Part shown: positions 1-12,471 of the stretch, in pieces | Layout of the letters: each line of letters opens with the position of its first letter | Position numbering within the stretch: position 1 is the first letter of the stretch | DNA from: Phoronis australis | Taxonomy: Eukaryota > Animalia > Phoronida | Assembly (NCBI GenBank): GCA_002633005.1 | Contig: NMRA01000546.1 | Span: 219,344 to 283,343, forward strand | DNA: 64,000 bases | Direction of reading: 5' to 3' | Program-made: the position numbers and the translations under genes | Notes under the pieces: model-generated | Database searches by the model: none | What the model was told of the DNA's origin: nothing | The model's input: the letters and a program-made list of their open reading frames with translations, nothing else

Positions 1-324
1 GTTTCAAGAAGTAGGAGACAAATTTGACTAAAATTTTTGACTTACCTTTTGTCTTAAATTTACTAACTTGCAGGATGTGAAACTTGCATAGTTGGAAGTT
101 AAGACAAATCTTAAAGATAATTCCAAAATGAATTTAACAGCCCCATGATTTCCACGCACACCAAATCAATACTCTTTAAAATATCACGTTAGTGTGTGCA
201 TTATGTTTTTATTGATTTAGACAATACAGTCGGTGTAACATGACGTTTTGAATCCATGGGAAACATACCTGGGGTCACGTTCAACGCTGAAAAACTGACT
301 GTTTGGTTATTTTCATCAAGATTG

Positions 325-580
325 TGACACATTGGCTTAGTGGTTTTGAACTCTGGACTCCTGTTTGTGGGACCAGGTTTCGAGCCCTCGACTGACAATC
401 GAGTCTTGCACAAAGGTGTCATCTACTCCTCTGTGCTCCGTCTTACAAGTGATTGTACATGTATGCAAGGTAGTGAACGAGAAGTGAATGAAAACCTGGA
501 TTCAACGAGAAAGCAATTTCCGGGGGTGTTCTAAAAACGATCAAATTGAAGCTCCTCGCGTGATTAAATGGAATTTCCTT
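325..580 (+). mobile_element. tRNA-derived SINE (second copy at about 32910-33165)
   Basis: Pol III A box TGGCTTAGTGG (333-343) and B-box-like GGTTTCGAGCCC (376-387) at tRNA-like spacing, followed by a non-tRNA body. No clean cloverleaf is visible. The 3' boundary is approximate. Confidence 0.6.
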
Positions 581-917
581 AAATTTTTACCCCTGGGTTT
601 CATATTTAATGGAATCTTATTCTGAGCGGCGAAACATTGGCGAGTAACATGACGAAATGAGGAAGTTAGACAGGGAACAACTTCCTATACGACCACCACA
701 CCGGCACGGAATCGGCAGGTTGGAAATCGAGAGTTTTTGGATTGCGATACTAGGGCCCATTGCACTTTTCAGCCAAATTGCTCCACCATCGTTGCTGTCG
801 GCCTTTTTTGTTCGAACAGCTTTTCGCTCGCGGTTTCTTGCTCTATAGTAGATGTAGTGATCAAACGTGATGTGAAATGCGGTGAATTTATGAAATATAC
901 GGGTCAATTGCGATTAA

Positions 918-1236
918 AATGTAACAACACTAGATAAACCATAAGCAGTTTGAAATTCTGTAGTCAAGACGAGCTTCGAAACTAATTTAGGGGGAATTAC
1001 AGTCTGACTTTGGCATTTGCAGTAGCGACTTCGAGCCCATTTGAAATTTTTCCAAGGTGGCCCAATAGGAAGCTTTAATGTAACAAAACTAGATAAACCA
1101 TAAGCAGTTTGAAATTCTGTAGTCAAGACGAGCTTCGAAACTAATTTAGGGGGGATTAGAGTCTGACTTTGGCATTTACAGTAGCGACTTCGAGCCCATT
1201 TGAAATTTTTCCAAGGTGGCCCAATAGGAAGCTTTT
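918..1236. repeat. 159-bp tandem duplication (2 copies)
   Basis: gtaacaa(c/a)actagataaaccataagc...cccaataggaagcttt starts at 921 and 1080. The copies at about 33510 and 34056 have a single, internally deleted unit. Confidence 0.95.
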
Positions 1237-1832
1237 GCAATGTCTTCCAAAGTTAGCTCATTTTCATCTCTGTTCTTGACCTTCTGCAACTGTTTCACAG
1301 ATAAAAGTTTTACTTAGAATTTGAAGGAAACAAATGACAAGATAGGAAGAAACACGTTATTGCAAGACTATAGTAAGGATTGTTATAAAACCATGCATAG
1401 GTGGACTCGTATAGAAGGCAGTGACACTGCAATGGATCAGCAACAAATCGATCTGTGTTTGACTTGACACACTAACTCAATGTTTTAAGAACCATGCCTA
1501 ATGTGGTAAACAAGCTTCTAAACTAAAAGTAACTTAAGCTTTTTGAAAGAGGTTTTGTGATTCGCTGCTGAGCTTCAATCAAACTATAATTCATCAAAAC
1601 TTGCAATAAGCCGATGTTAATGAAAAGATGGAATGGCAAAGGCATCAGATTTGTCTACGACGTACACTGTAGTTGTCAGTTATGCTAAATTTGTGGTGGC
1701 GGGGGCAAAGTATTTAGGGCCTTACCTCGCTTAGGTTTGCTTCTGATCTACGCTTTTTCAAAACCTTAATTCCGCAGCCATGTGCTGATGACCGAGCCAA
1801 GTGACAGTATAATCATGACCTTTTTCATACAG

Positions 1833-1932
1833 CCGAGTTGAAGACCGGGAGCTTGGAGACGTGGTTGTTATGAAGGTGTACCAACTGTCAAAAGAAAACA
1901 AAGCTGTCCTCCTACGTTCAAGGAAAGTCCAA
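1833..1932 (+). CDS. Exon (phase 2 to 0) RVEDRELGDVVVMKVYQLSKENKAVLLRSRKVQ of the ZU5/DED locus; in-frame ATG at 1870
   Basis: Acceptor tttttcatacag, donor caa|gtgagt, open 100-nt frame; phase matches exon 3340. Confidence 0.65.
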
Positions 1933-3339
1933 GTGAGTATCAAATACAAACAATCAAATACCTGCTCACCTTCAACGCATTGTTTACTTGTTGCTATGGA
2001 ACAGTGTGCTCACCTACAGGGGTGCATTCTGTTGTCAGACTTCTGGGACGTCCCAAAATGACCACTCAGCTGATTTAGAATGTTTTTACTTCTACCAAAA
2101 CACCTTTTTGAAAGATAACAAACATAATTCCACTTAACAGTTGATAGGTTTCAGCCCAATTTCAGTCTTGTTTGACCTGCATGTATGGGTGTCCCTTATA
2201 CGGGCCGTATTCATGTATTTCGTGTCTGTTTTTGCGCTCCCTTCTTTTGGCAGATGAGTTTCTTTTTTAAAGTCATAACAGATAATATCGACGGGTAGAC
2301 TTATTAACGTCTGTCCTATTTTTCAAGTTGACTGATAAAACTTCATGAATTTAGACATATGTGATTATGTAATCCTACCAGGAATGCACGTCTGCCTAAA
2401 AAGATGGTGAAAGGAAATGTTAAATGCTTAAAAACCGTTTCATGGGATTTGTTTTTTTCTCATTAAGTCATTGATAAGCTTGTATGAACACACTTGGCTG
2501 GTTTTAAATGAGACAGTTCTTCTACAGTAGGTGTTTGTTGAAAAGAATGGTCTCACGGATCTGCAACTGGTGTAAGGATTGCCGCTGACTGAGAGATGTG
2601 ATCTACGCTCATTTGTTTGCATCATGTGCACGATAGATGACGTCAAGACGTGAAAATACGATACAAAACTACGATTTAGCTGCTAATTCATTCAATCTTG
2701 TTACCTTGACGTGAGCTGTCGATTCAGAATCCTTTATTTGACGCATCCGGCTCAACGCCCAGGCATAACTCTCCGTCTCCAATGGTTTTCTTAGAAAGCG
2801 GTGACAGCTTAAGCCATATAGAACATTTAAGCACAGACTCTACGACAGCATCTGGACATATGTTATCGCACGTTGTGGTCAATCGATATTAAACATTGAC
2901 TCTATGTTTCTTCATAAAACTGGTACTGGATTGCAGTTTTTTTTTGGTTTCCGGTATCGTACCAAACCTAACCCAGATGGCCATTTTATTTCCACCCTTG
3001 AATCTTGGTATCTTTAGCCAACGTTAATTCGAGATATATGGATAACGACCTCACAGGGCCATCAAATGATGAATACTTTTAACGCATACGTGTTTGGTCA
3101 CTGAAACCCTTATAAAAAGTGCCCGCTTTAGTCTTGAACAACGCCTTGACAAATCTGAGTCTCTCTTAACCTCTAGATTTCACGTACTAAATATTGCATG
3201 TATTAATTTTTAAATATTAACAAATAATGCACTGAACTACAAACAGTAATCTGTTTGCAAAACAGAGTTCTGGGCAAAGCGACTTGCATAAAAACAATTT
3301 TTATCCAAACCTGAATGCAGCTGGGTCCTATATTTCCAG

Positions 3340-3400
3340 ATTCAAAAAGACACGACTACTGAATCACCTTCAACACCTGCTTGTCTTCCCTCAAAACTAC
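3340..3400 (+). CDS. Linker exon (phase 0 to 1) IQKDTTTESPSTPACLPSKL
   Basis: Acceptor tatttccag, donor c|gtaagt, 61 nt; paralogous to exon 6748-6808. Confidence 0.7.
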
Positions 3401-3959
3401 GTAAGTATATTGTAACTCAATTCTTTCGATAACAACTTCTCTCACATAACCTTGAATGTGTAACGAAATGACTTGTTAATAACAACGAGTACTGTTTTGA
3501 TATTACGTGGGCGAATCACAAAGTAGTACAGAGTAGAAATCCAAACGCCTTGCATTTTATTATCAGAAAAACAGTAAAAGACAAGGTTATGATTGACAAA
3601 TCGGGAGTCGCAACGGAACATACTCCCAGTCGGAAGGACAAGCAAACAACCTCTTAAACCGACCCAGTTTCGGCCGCGAATTCCATATCCACGTTCACTC
3701 AAACGGAGACGAACCCCCAACTCCAAAAGCGCAGCGAGACTGTCTAGCTGTTCTGCTTCAAGTTCAATTCAGTGTTCACGCTTGCTAACTGTTATTTATA
3801 AGCACTTTTTTAAGTATTACTGTTACAACTTCAAACTAGAAAGATTATTGTCACGGCGTGACAATAACGGACTCTGCGCGTGCATATTACATGAATTATG
3901 GGAAGTTACTGACAGCAACCCGTTTACCAATATGAAAAGGAATTCTTTAAAATTGTAGG

Positions 3960-5094
3960 AGAAATTACATATTAATTTTTTGATGACCTTTCCACTAATT
4001 GACCTCTTCCGGTGAATTATGAGCCCCGATGAGAGAATAATTGTAAACTCGATTAAAAGTGTGCTTAATGCTAAAAATCACCGATGTTTTACTTTAAGCA
4101 CATCAGAATACAAGATGAATGAATTGGTCAAACTTTCAGAAGAAAAATGCACCCAATGACCCCATGGGTGCACCAAATGACCTGAAAATTTAGAATTCAA
4201 ACTCAATCGCACTTAGTAATCAGATACCTAATTCTGAAGTCTCTAGCTCAAAACTTTAGTTTGCACCCAATGACCTTTGACCTATTTTTTCCGATTGGTT
4301 AGGCCTAGTGCAAAGTAAAGTAGGGTCTTCACTTGGCATGTTGACTTACACCAGTGTGCTGAAATTGAAAAGAATTCCTTGAAAAACATAAGAGATATAA
4401 CATGTTGAACGTTACATGACCTTTGCACTAATTGACCTTATCCGGTGCATTTTAAGCATCTTTAGGAGAATTATTGCAAAGCACATGGAAAATGTGTTTA
4501 ACGCTGAGAATCACAGTTGTCTAACGGTTGACACATCAGAATACTTGCTGATTGAAAAGGTCAAATTTTCAGAAAAAAATGCACCTAATGACCCCATGTT
4601 TGCACTAAATGACCTGAAACTTTGGATTCCGATTTGATTTACCTGTAGCAATCAGACCTGTCAATTTGAAGCGTCTAGCTCAAAATTTCAGTTTGCACCT
4701 TATGACCTTTGACCTTTTTGACCTGATTGGATGACCCGATTACTTAGAAAAGTGACTTTTTAAATTGTTATGTTGACCTTTACCTGTGCACCGAATTTGA
4801 AAAAGATAGCTTCAAAACTGTAGGAGGAGTAGCATTTTGAAAATTATATGACATTTGCACCAAACGACCTCTTCCGGTGCAATATGGAATATGATTATAT
4901 AACCGATCAAAATTTATACACTGTCAAAAGTCATATGCTGAATTTAAAGACCGTACCTGCACCCAATTTGGAGTTATTAAGCCTCAAAGTTGGTCGGAAG
5001 AAGAATAAGAAGAATAAGAAGAAGAAGAATAAGAATAAAATCGAAGAAAACCCAGGAACAACAGTACTCTGCGCTTACATGCGCAAAGTAATAA
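3960..5094 (-). mobile_element. Helentron/HINE (DINE-1-like) non-autonomous repeat
   Basis: Terminal hairpin TACTCTGCGC-ttacat-GCGCAAAGTA (5065-5090) next to an (AAGAAT/AAG)n microsatellite (4997-5039), then about 430-bp tandem core units rich in TGACC motifs (3980-4400 vs 4415-4850). The left end is approximate. Confidence 0.55.
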
Positions 5095-6148
5095 TATTTA
5101 ATAGATTCCAATTTGAATATTTGCTAAGAATGATGAATGTAATTTACAATTGCTATGTTTAAGATAAGCCTATTAACAAAAGTAAGGTCTCAGTTTTAGC
5201 AAACCAAGTGCACGGGGCACGCAATAATAAAATAGCCACAAGGTTGAGCAGAAAACCTCAAATTCGTTCGACTATGAAAAAGGAGAAATTACTCTGGAGA
5301 AACGGGTGACGGCTTTTTACATTCCCAGCACAATTTGCTAAGAGTGCAAGGGGTTGACATAAGTGATTTAGTGATAAAACAATAAACGTGGAAGACTGAA
5401 CTACGAACGCAAAATTGACCTCAATTGTGCAGGCCTATTTACTTTTTTCTCTATGCCATTCCTGTTCGCGCCAACCCTGCGTTTGAACTTTTTTCAAACT
5501 CAAGACTCCTCTCAGTAATTGCCAAAAACCTCCCTCACTCTTTTTAGAGTTAACGATAATAAAGCCGTTTGTGCATAGATTGGTGATCCTGAAAATCAAT
5601 GTGTCGGGCTTACACGTAAATTTCATCAGAAGAAAGTAGTGTTTAGTGTTGATTAGGTATTCAAAAACTAGTTTTGCATGAAATTATTAGCCTTAAAATA
5701 CCCCGACATGGGCGGAACTGAATTGTAGACGATTCTAGTTTGAACATCACTTTTTGCAAGCTCAAATCCGAAAAGACGATTTAAAGTACCTGCACTACAT
5801 TTGCAGCCATTGGAAATTTCCGATCATAAATGTTGTCTGTTTCTGGCGCTGAAAATTATGTGGTTTTTAACAAAAACTCTTCTTGTGTTTCGCTTGGTGA
5901 TGAGTCTTTCAACGGTCACACGTGGTATTAGTCTCTGGTAACTGTGGTATACTTTTGCTGAACGCTTTGTTACCAATAAATATAGAACATACATGCAACA
6001 CGTGTACTATCTCTTTCCTTGCTGACACCTGCCATGTGATTTAACTTTTGTGTTTTAACTTTTTACACTTTACAAGACGTCCTGGAAGTACGTAGCGGTG
6101 AGCCTTCAAAGGCCTGCAAACAATCTTATATAAATAACTCTTTTTCAG

Positions 6149-6264
6149 AAGTTCACCAACAAGCCAACAGGATCGAGCAACCTTTATTAAAGCAGGATGA
6201 CCGTGAAGAGTTTAGAGTTGGAGTGGCAATGAGCCAAATCGGTCAAGTCCAGTTTGCTCGAAGC
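6149..6264 (+). CDS. Linker exon (phase 1 to 0) VHQQANRIEQPLLKQDDREEFRVGVAMSQIGQVQFARS
   Basis: Acceptor ctctttttcag, donor agc|gttagt, 116 nt open; bridges exons 3340 and 6748 in phase. Confidence 0.6.
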
Positions 6265-6747
6265 GTTAGTATTTTATTCATATTTCCGTAACCATTTTCT
6301 TTAAAACTGTCATAAAATGGCCAATTTTGAATCCAAGTTTGGAATTGGTTGCATGAGAGCCGTCAAACTGACGATGACATTACTTATATTGCGGGAAAAA
6401 ATATTCCAACTCAGGGCCTACGGGTCTGATTATCGTACATGTATATAGTGATTGTTGGAGCAAAACAAAACAGACTCGGGGGCTTTACTCTTTTATTTGT
6501 CAGTATAATAAGTAGTAGATGACGTAATAGGTCAACTGAAATATCGCAAAAAATATGTTTAAGTTCACACGTTGCGTAATGCTACACCATGTACATATAC
6601 AGTAACGAATTCGAGGACAACGCCCTAGAAAATGATGACGGGCAAAGAGTACAATGAAACACAGATAATGTTTTTGCTTGCAAGGGCAGCCAACGTGAAA
6701 TCACTATTTAACAACTACTGAATGTTAGCTGGGTTCTATATTTCCAG

Positions 6748-6808
6748 AATCAGAAAGACACGACTGCTGAATCGCCATCAACATGTGCTTATCCTTCAGA
6801 AGAACAAA
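6748..6808 (+). CDS. Linker exon (phase 0 to 1) NQKDTTAESPSTCAYPSEEQ
   Basis: Acceptor tatttccag, donor a|gtaagt, 61 nt; duplicate of 3340-3400; phase fits DED exon 9643. Confidence 0.7.
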
Positions 6809-9642
6809 GTAAGTAATCGAGTCTAAATAGATAATGCCATGCAGACTGTGGGATTTTGTGACGAAAAAGTATGAATTACTGACGGAATAAGTGAACTAGA
6901 GGAGGATTTCTTAAAATTGTGAAGAATGAATTTTTTGCATGTAAACATGAACTGTGTTATTCACGTACAATCAAAAACTTTTGGCTCGTATTGCAAAAGA
7001 ATTGAAAGCATATCATGTAATACTTAGCATGTCGCGATGTCTTACGTTACCTCGCGTATCTGCAATTTCCTGGAGTCTACCGAACGCACGCCAGGTCTAC
7101 GACACTCCCGTTTGGCTTGCAAGTCTAAAGTCGACATTTGGACGCATGCGCGTTGATGGTGACATGGGCTGTGTTCCAAGTGCAAAGACGACTAATACTG
7201 ATGCGATCACGTACCCAAGTAATATATACATAAAAATACACGCACACATACATATACATGTACATGTGTTTGCATAATTCATTGTGCAGTGGCGGATCGA
7301 CAATTTTAGTAAGGGGGTGTTTAGGATTTGTGCTTTGCGCACGTACATGAAGCGCCAAGCGGAGGAAGGTCGGGAGATTCCCCTCCAGAGCAAGACAACT
7401 TTTTTTGTTTTTTTAACCAAATAGCGCAATTTGCATACAACCTGGCGACGTTTGTGGCAGTTAACATATCTCTGGAGGTTTCTTGAGACGATTTAAAGCC
7501 TTCTCGATTTTGTCTCATGAACTCGGTTCAGAAGTTCAGTAAAAACATATTTTTGCTCACTAAGTGTATGAGTCAGGCCACCATCAAAAATTTAGATGGA
7601 GCAACTGTCTACATAGGCACATCGATGTTTCGCATACGAAAAGCAGTACACAAATATGTGTGGTATATACATGGTTTAGGTAATTACCAAATATTCAAGA
7701 GCATAAGGAGCACCGACGGTCACGTAAAAGCACAACATTTGAATATCAGATGATCACGTGACAGCAGTCTCAAGTTTTTAAAAACGAAGACCGGCACTGT
7801 TACATGTATCCCAAGAGATAAACATATCCCGTCTAGTTATAACGAAAACTGACGAACGATGATGATCCCAGGGCATAGTTTGTTATTGAAAGCGACAATT
7901 AACACTCGAGTGTCACTTTTAAACGGAATCAAGTTGCCTGTTGACTTATCTGTAGAGAACTTTACAAAACACACTGTGGTAAAACTATTACTACACCAGT
8001 GCACTAAGAGTCGATGGCTACATTGTATACACACTGTGAACTAACCTTACCTGGTCCGTTGCAAGAACTAAAGTACCCTATGCGAAGGAGTTTTTCCATA
8101 GACACGTTTTGATCCCCAGTGATTGCTCATACATATATTTCATGTATTTTCCCGTTACCCATTGACAAAACTTCACGCACTTTCAGTCAAAGAAGAAAGA
8201 CTTGCAGAATGCATACTTAGGGCTGCTCTGGACCAGTGACTTGTGTATTTTTGCATAATGCATGTCCATCAGTGATACCCCAGCCAGCATATCCTTAGAG
8301 ATTGTTGACCTAAAATGTGTCTTCACACGCCTCTGAGCACAGGAAGTGCTCTATCAGTCACACAGGATCCAATAGGAGTACACACGGGGGGTTTAAGCCC
8401 CTCAATCTCCCATGTATCCACCTCTAGTGACGGTATTTTGCACCCACAAGCGTGCACTGAAATAGGTAGGATTGAATTTTGCGTGAAATTGCGATAATTT
8501 TGTTTATATCAGAGTTCACATTTCCGTATAAGGTAATTTTCAGAGACTCAGTTGTGTTGGTGGTCCGGCAATAAAAATCAAGCGCAGGTGCCAGATACTA
8601 AAATTTGGGTGAGGGACTTATTGTTTTGAGCTCAAGAGTTACATGTATGTTTGTTTAGAACTCAACGCCCGTGGATGTTTTATCGATTTACATGTTTAAC
8701 TGTCACCAGGGCCAATGTTTGTTTTCTGTTTATAGTGAACTTACATTTATAACGTGCCCTGTTGTAGCCCCGTATTTTGATCGCGGTTTTGCACTTGGGC
8801 GATGAAGAAAGGTTTTCTCTAAGTTATCATTAGATTGGGTCCATTAGCTAAAATGCTCTTTCTTTTTGTCAAGAGTCAAGTCACTTGTTGCTGTCTGCGC
8901 TTCATGTGTAAACAAATGGATGTCACTGAACATTTGGACAGTTAATGGAATTAAAATTTGAATAAAAAGCAGTATAAGGACAGTGACACACTCAGATGGT
9001 ACCAATACATTTTCAAAAACACCATGGCCGTCATTCAGGAATCGTTCCTCACCGGATGAATAAGGTATTCCAGTCACGGGAATAAACAACAATGTTAGAT
9101 GACAATTTGTAATTTCGGCCGAGGTACAACATCGTGTTAATTAAATTTGTACTTTATTTCGAAACAGAGTGAAACATTACATCATGTTACACACTGCTTA
9201 ATTTTGTGTTCTTTGTTTCCAAGTGTTTCATTTTGGAATAAGCACACAAGATGGACTTAAACCGAAAGTCAAAAATTTCAAGGCTACCAATGGCAGGATG
9301 GCTCGTGGTTTAAGTATCACCGGCTACGCAAGTTTTTTGCGAAAATTTGCCAAAACAAAACACACGCTCTTAAGACAATAGAAATATTTATGACTGAAAG
9401 CTCCAGACAACTGTCATACACACCTCCGTGTAATCATCTTCAACTTAAAGAGTGACGTGTAGCAAACACTAGCAGGAAAAATTACCTTCAATAAACTTTA
9501 GTTGTGTGGTACAGTACATTATAGACTTATAATTAAATGGAACTATGTCTAAGACAGCATTGGGTCATGTGCAAACTAACGGAAACAACTATCCGTACAT
9601 GTATTGTTAACAGAGCTTAGAAATGTGTCAATTTATTCTCAG

Positions 9643-9754
9643 GAATACGGAGAGGGCCAAGAGAACTTCATCAACAGCTGCTACTGAAGGTTGCTGACAG
9701 TGTCATTGATCCTGACTTTAAAAGACTAAAGGGGTTGTGTAAAGCGTGGATAGA
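9643..9754 (+). CDS. DED copy 1, exon a: IRRGPRELHQQLLLKVADSVIDPDFKRLKGLCKAWI(E)
   Basis: Acceptor ttattctcag, donor ga|gtaaga. Helix 1-2 DED pattern (LL.+++.+...+..LK.LC). Same length (112 nt) and phase as 45629-45740. Not in the ORF track. Confidence 0.85.
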
Positions 9755-11662
9755 GTAAGAAAGACAACGTTGCATAATTGTACAAATTATACATGTATAT
9801 GCACAGTGACCGCAAGTAATCACGAGTGTATCATACTACATTATCAAGTTATCCTGAGCACTGCTTCTGAAGCTGTTGATTCCTACAATAGAGCCAAAGA
9901 GCTCTACTCCGATCACAAAATGAACATGGATTGTGACTCCATTTTCGTCAGAGGCATCAAAACAAAAATTGTCGCCTTTGCTCTAAACGAAATGCCCTAA
10001 GGTAATTGTAGTATTATCGGCCACAACCACGAGATTTTCGTTTCAAGATGAGTTACCGAAAAACAAGCGTAAATGGCACTACTGGCGCCGTCTATTGTTG
10101 AACGTGTTCCAGGTTTATGTAGGTTCAATGGAGGTGACTGGGTTAACATTGTTCAGGAGCGTGTTAATTGTCATGTATCAAATATCTTCAAAATTGTGCT
10201 TTTATCTCAGTAATTGTAAATCTTTTTAAAAGAACAAAGCCTGTAGAGTTTGATCTGTGACCTTATACTATCTGTAGCAAAACAACAGTGTTCATATTTC
10301 CTCCATAAAAATGTTCAATATCTCAAAATGACAGACACTTTTTTCTAAATTATAGTTTCGTTTTCGCGTCATACAACAGAAAAATAATAAATCTTCTCTT
10401 TATATCCCTCATGCAGAAGTGGAAATGTTCAAAAACCATTAAGAATAGCATTTTGGAGAACCGTCCATAAAGCATAATGTCTTTCACATGAATCCCAACA
10501 GCCATTTGTAAGATGTGATGTTCCGAAGCAAATTTGGCCATTTTCGTGGCTCCAACACAACCACCAAATTTGATTTTCACAGCGCTTGAGTTTTTTACAT
10601 CAGCCTGCACGTTTCATGTTTTTGGAAATCTCATTTCTCCTTTCATTCTCCAACGCTTTAAATAATCTTGATTGGGACATGAAAGATAGTCCATTAGTTA
10701 TATGCTGGTGTCAGGGAGGACACAACTCTAAAGTAATTGGAAGTAGTCGATTGTGGATTTGTCTGTGAATATAATTAACACTTATTCACGGAAGGTTTTT
10801 CCAGTCAATGTAGCGGACTTGTAGAGTCGTGTTGCTTCAATCTCCAAAAACTCTGAACGGATCTTTATGAAATTTTGTAGACATGTTTATATCATAGATT
10901 GTACGGCATGACCGAATTTTTGAACGGATGCAATTACCCGACGCTGTGCCACTTAAGGCGAATTTATTTTTTACGTTTCCCTTTTTACCTTCCGAGTTTT
11001 GACTGAATTTTCATAAAAGTTTGGAAATAGGTATTGGTTAAGAAGACGACGCCTTGTTCTATTTTTACTGGGATTTGATTGACGTTCATGTATTCTGCAC
11101 CACCTAGTCGCTGTTTTCATTGTTTTTGGCGTCCACTTTCTCTCTACCAAGCTACTGGATTGACATACATGTATACACATGATTTGCATATTCATATACG
11201 TTAATGACGATTGCGAAGATATACGTGGTCCTTCTGGGACGCACACGGCATACCATGGTTTTTGGATGGCTCTTTACAACGGTGGCACAACCTTGTGGTA
11301 TTTTGTTTTCTTCTTTATGTCCGTAACTTCAGCCGTACTGCTGCAATACGTTTGACACGCCACATGTTCCAAACTCGTTATGGAAAGTCTTATCAACCGG
11401 GTTCTAAACGTTGTACTCAAATCATATTCGATTTCTTGTTGCTTTTTCCGTTTTTTCTTTCGTGTGAACTCGAACTAACTGTGCATTATTCTTTGCTGAA
11501 GATCATTATGATTTAAGCAAATGTTGCTTCAGTCCAAGTTCTCACCTGGTGGACCTCTATTTCGATCTAAAACCTCGTGGAATGACAACTCTAGACTTCA
11601 AATTCAGACTCAAACTTCAAACTTCAGTGATAACCTCATTAAGTGCAATCTCGGATTACATA

Positions 11663-11860
11663 GTTGACCACGTAACACATTATGTATTTGAGAATGTTGA
11701 CCACGTGACACATTATGTATTTGAGAATGTTGACCACCTGAGACATTATGTATTTGAGAATGTTGACCACCTGAGACATTATGTAATTGAGAATGTTGAA
11801 CACGTGACACATTATGTATTTGAGAATGTTGTCCATTGTAGACGTCATGTTTTTGAGAAT
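11663..11860. repeat. 33-bp minisatellite, 6 copies, inside the DED intron
   Basis: Unit gttgaccacgtgacacattatgtatttgagaat repeated head-to-tail without spacers. Confidence 0.95.
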
Positions 11861-12298
11861 AGAAAGTTGTCCACCCTAGACACATATTCGCGCATAGAAC
11901 AATAGACACGCATCTTGTGTTTCACAAAAGTGGAATAGAAAATGCTGAATTAATTCCGAGTTGATGTCAATTAAAAATATTAGACCACAGACCCTAGCTA
12001 CAACCTAGAGTGGCTAACATCGCTTCAATCAAGGTGAATGTTTTTTATCAATATGTAGTGTTAAGTCTTACAAAGTCTTGTGTGTGACACTCTGTCCTAG
12101 AGTAGTCACATCACAGGATGGATAATAGGGGCGTTAAAAAGGCGATAAACTAAAGGTGTTGAAAATCTTCATCAATGTTTGAATTAGTATTTGAGATCTA
12201 TTGATTCGTCTTGCTTTGTGTCGTGCAGTCTTTTTATTCTCGTGTGAGCAGGCGTGATTTTAGATTCATGTGATCATTAATGTTTTGTTGATTTTCAG

Positions 12299-12471
12299 AC
12301 CAGCAATACTGCAGAATATAACAAACACTCAGGAACTTCTTGAACAGCTTCAGCGGCAAGAGATAATTAATGTTGGAGATTACAGTGAATTAACCCGCAT
12401 GCTGCACCAGCTCCATCTGGAGGAACTTGCAGAACTAGTGGAAAAACTGTCAAGTGAAATAAAGGGACTAG
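12299..12471 (+). CDS. DED copy 1, exon b: PAILQNITNTQELLEQLQRQEIINVGDYSELTRMLHQLHLEELAELVEKLSSEIKGL
   Basis: Acceptor ttttcag, phase 2 matches exon a, donor g|gtatga (alternative donor after 12523). DED helix 3-6 pattern (L..L...+.I...D+..L..+L..+...+L). Confidence 0.85.

Larger units (their letters stand above)
1..1810 (+). repeat. Segmental duplicate of 32603-34730 (the region immediately downstream of the ZU5-UPA exon)
   Basis: Near-identical by eye: gtttcaagaagtagga at 1 and 32603, running colinear to gagccaagtgacagtat at about 1810 and 34729, with small indels. Confidence 0.95.

Noticed and set aside
333-400. Functional tRNA gene
   Set aside because: A and B boxes are present but there is no convincing acceptor or anticodon stem; it continues into a SINE-like body.
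914-1240. 108-aa minus-strand ORF with a duplicated 53-aa unit
   Set aside because: By-product of a 159-bp tandem duplication; disrupted in the homologous copies at about 33510 and 34056.
4848-5162. Lys/Asn-rich 104-aa ORF
   Set aside because: Translation of the (AAGAAT)n microsatellite in a Helentron-like repeat.
570-5822. NF-kB-like GGAATTTCC/GGAAATTTCC motifs
   Set aside because: Isolated imperfect matches are expected by chance in AT-rich DNA; one lies in a SINE and no TSS is defined.
11663-11860. CRISPR-like 33-bp periodicity and 118/99/69-aa repeat ORFs
   Set aside because: Units are contiguous with no unique spacers, no cas genes, and a eukaryotic intron context. The ORFs arise because 33 is divisible by 3.
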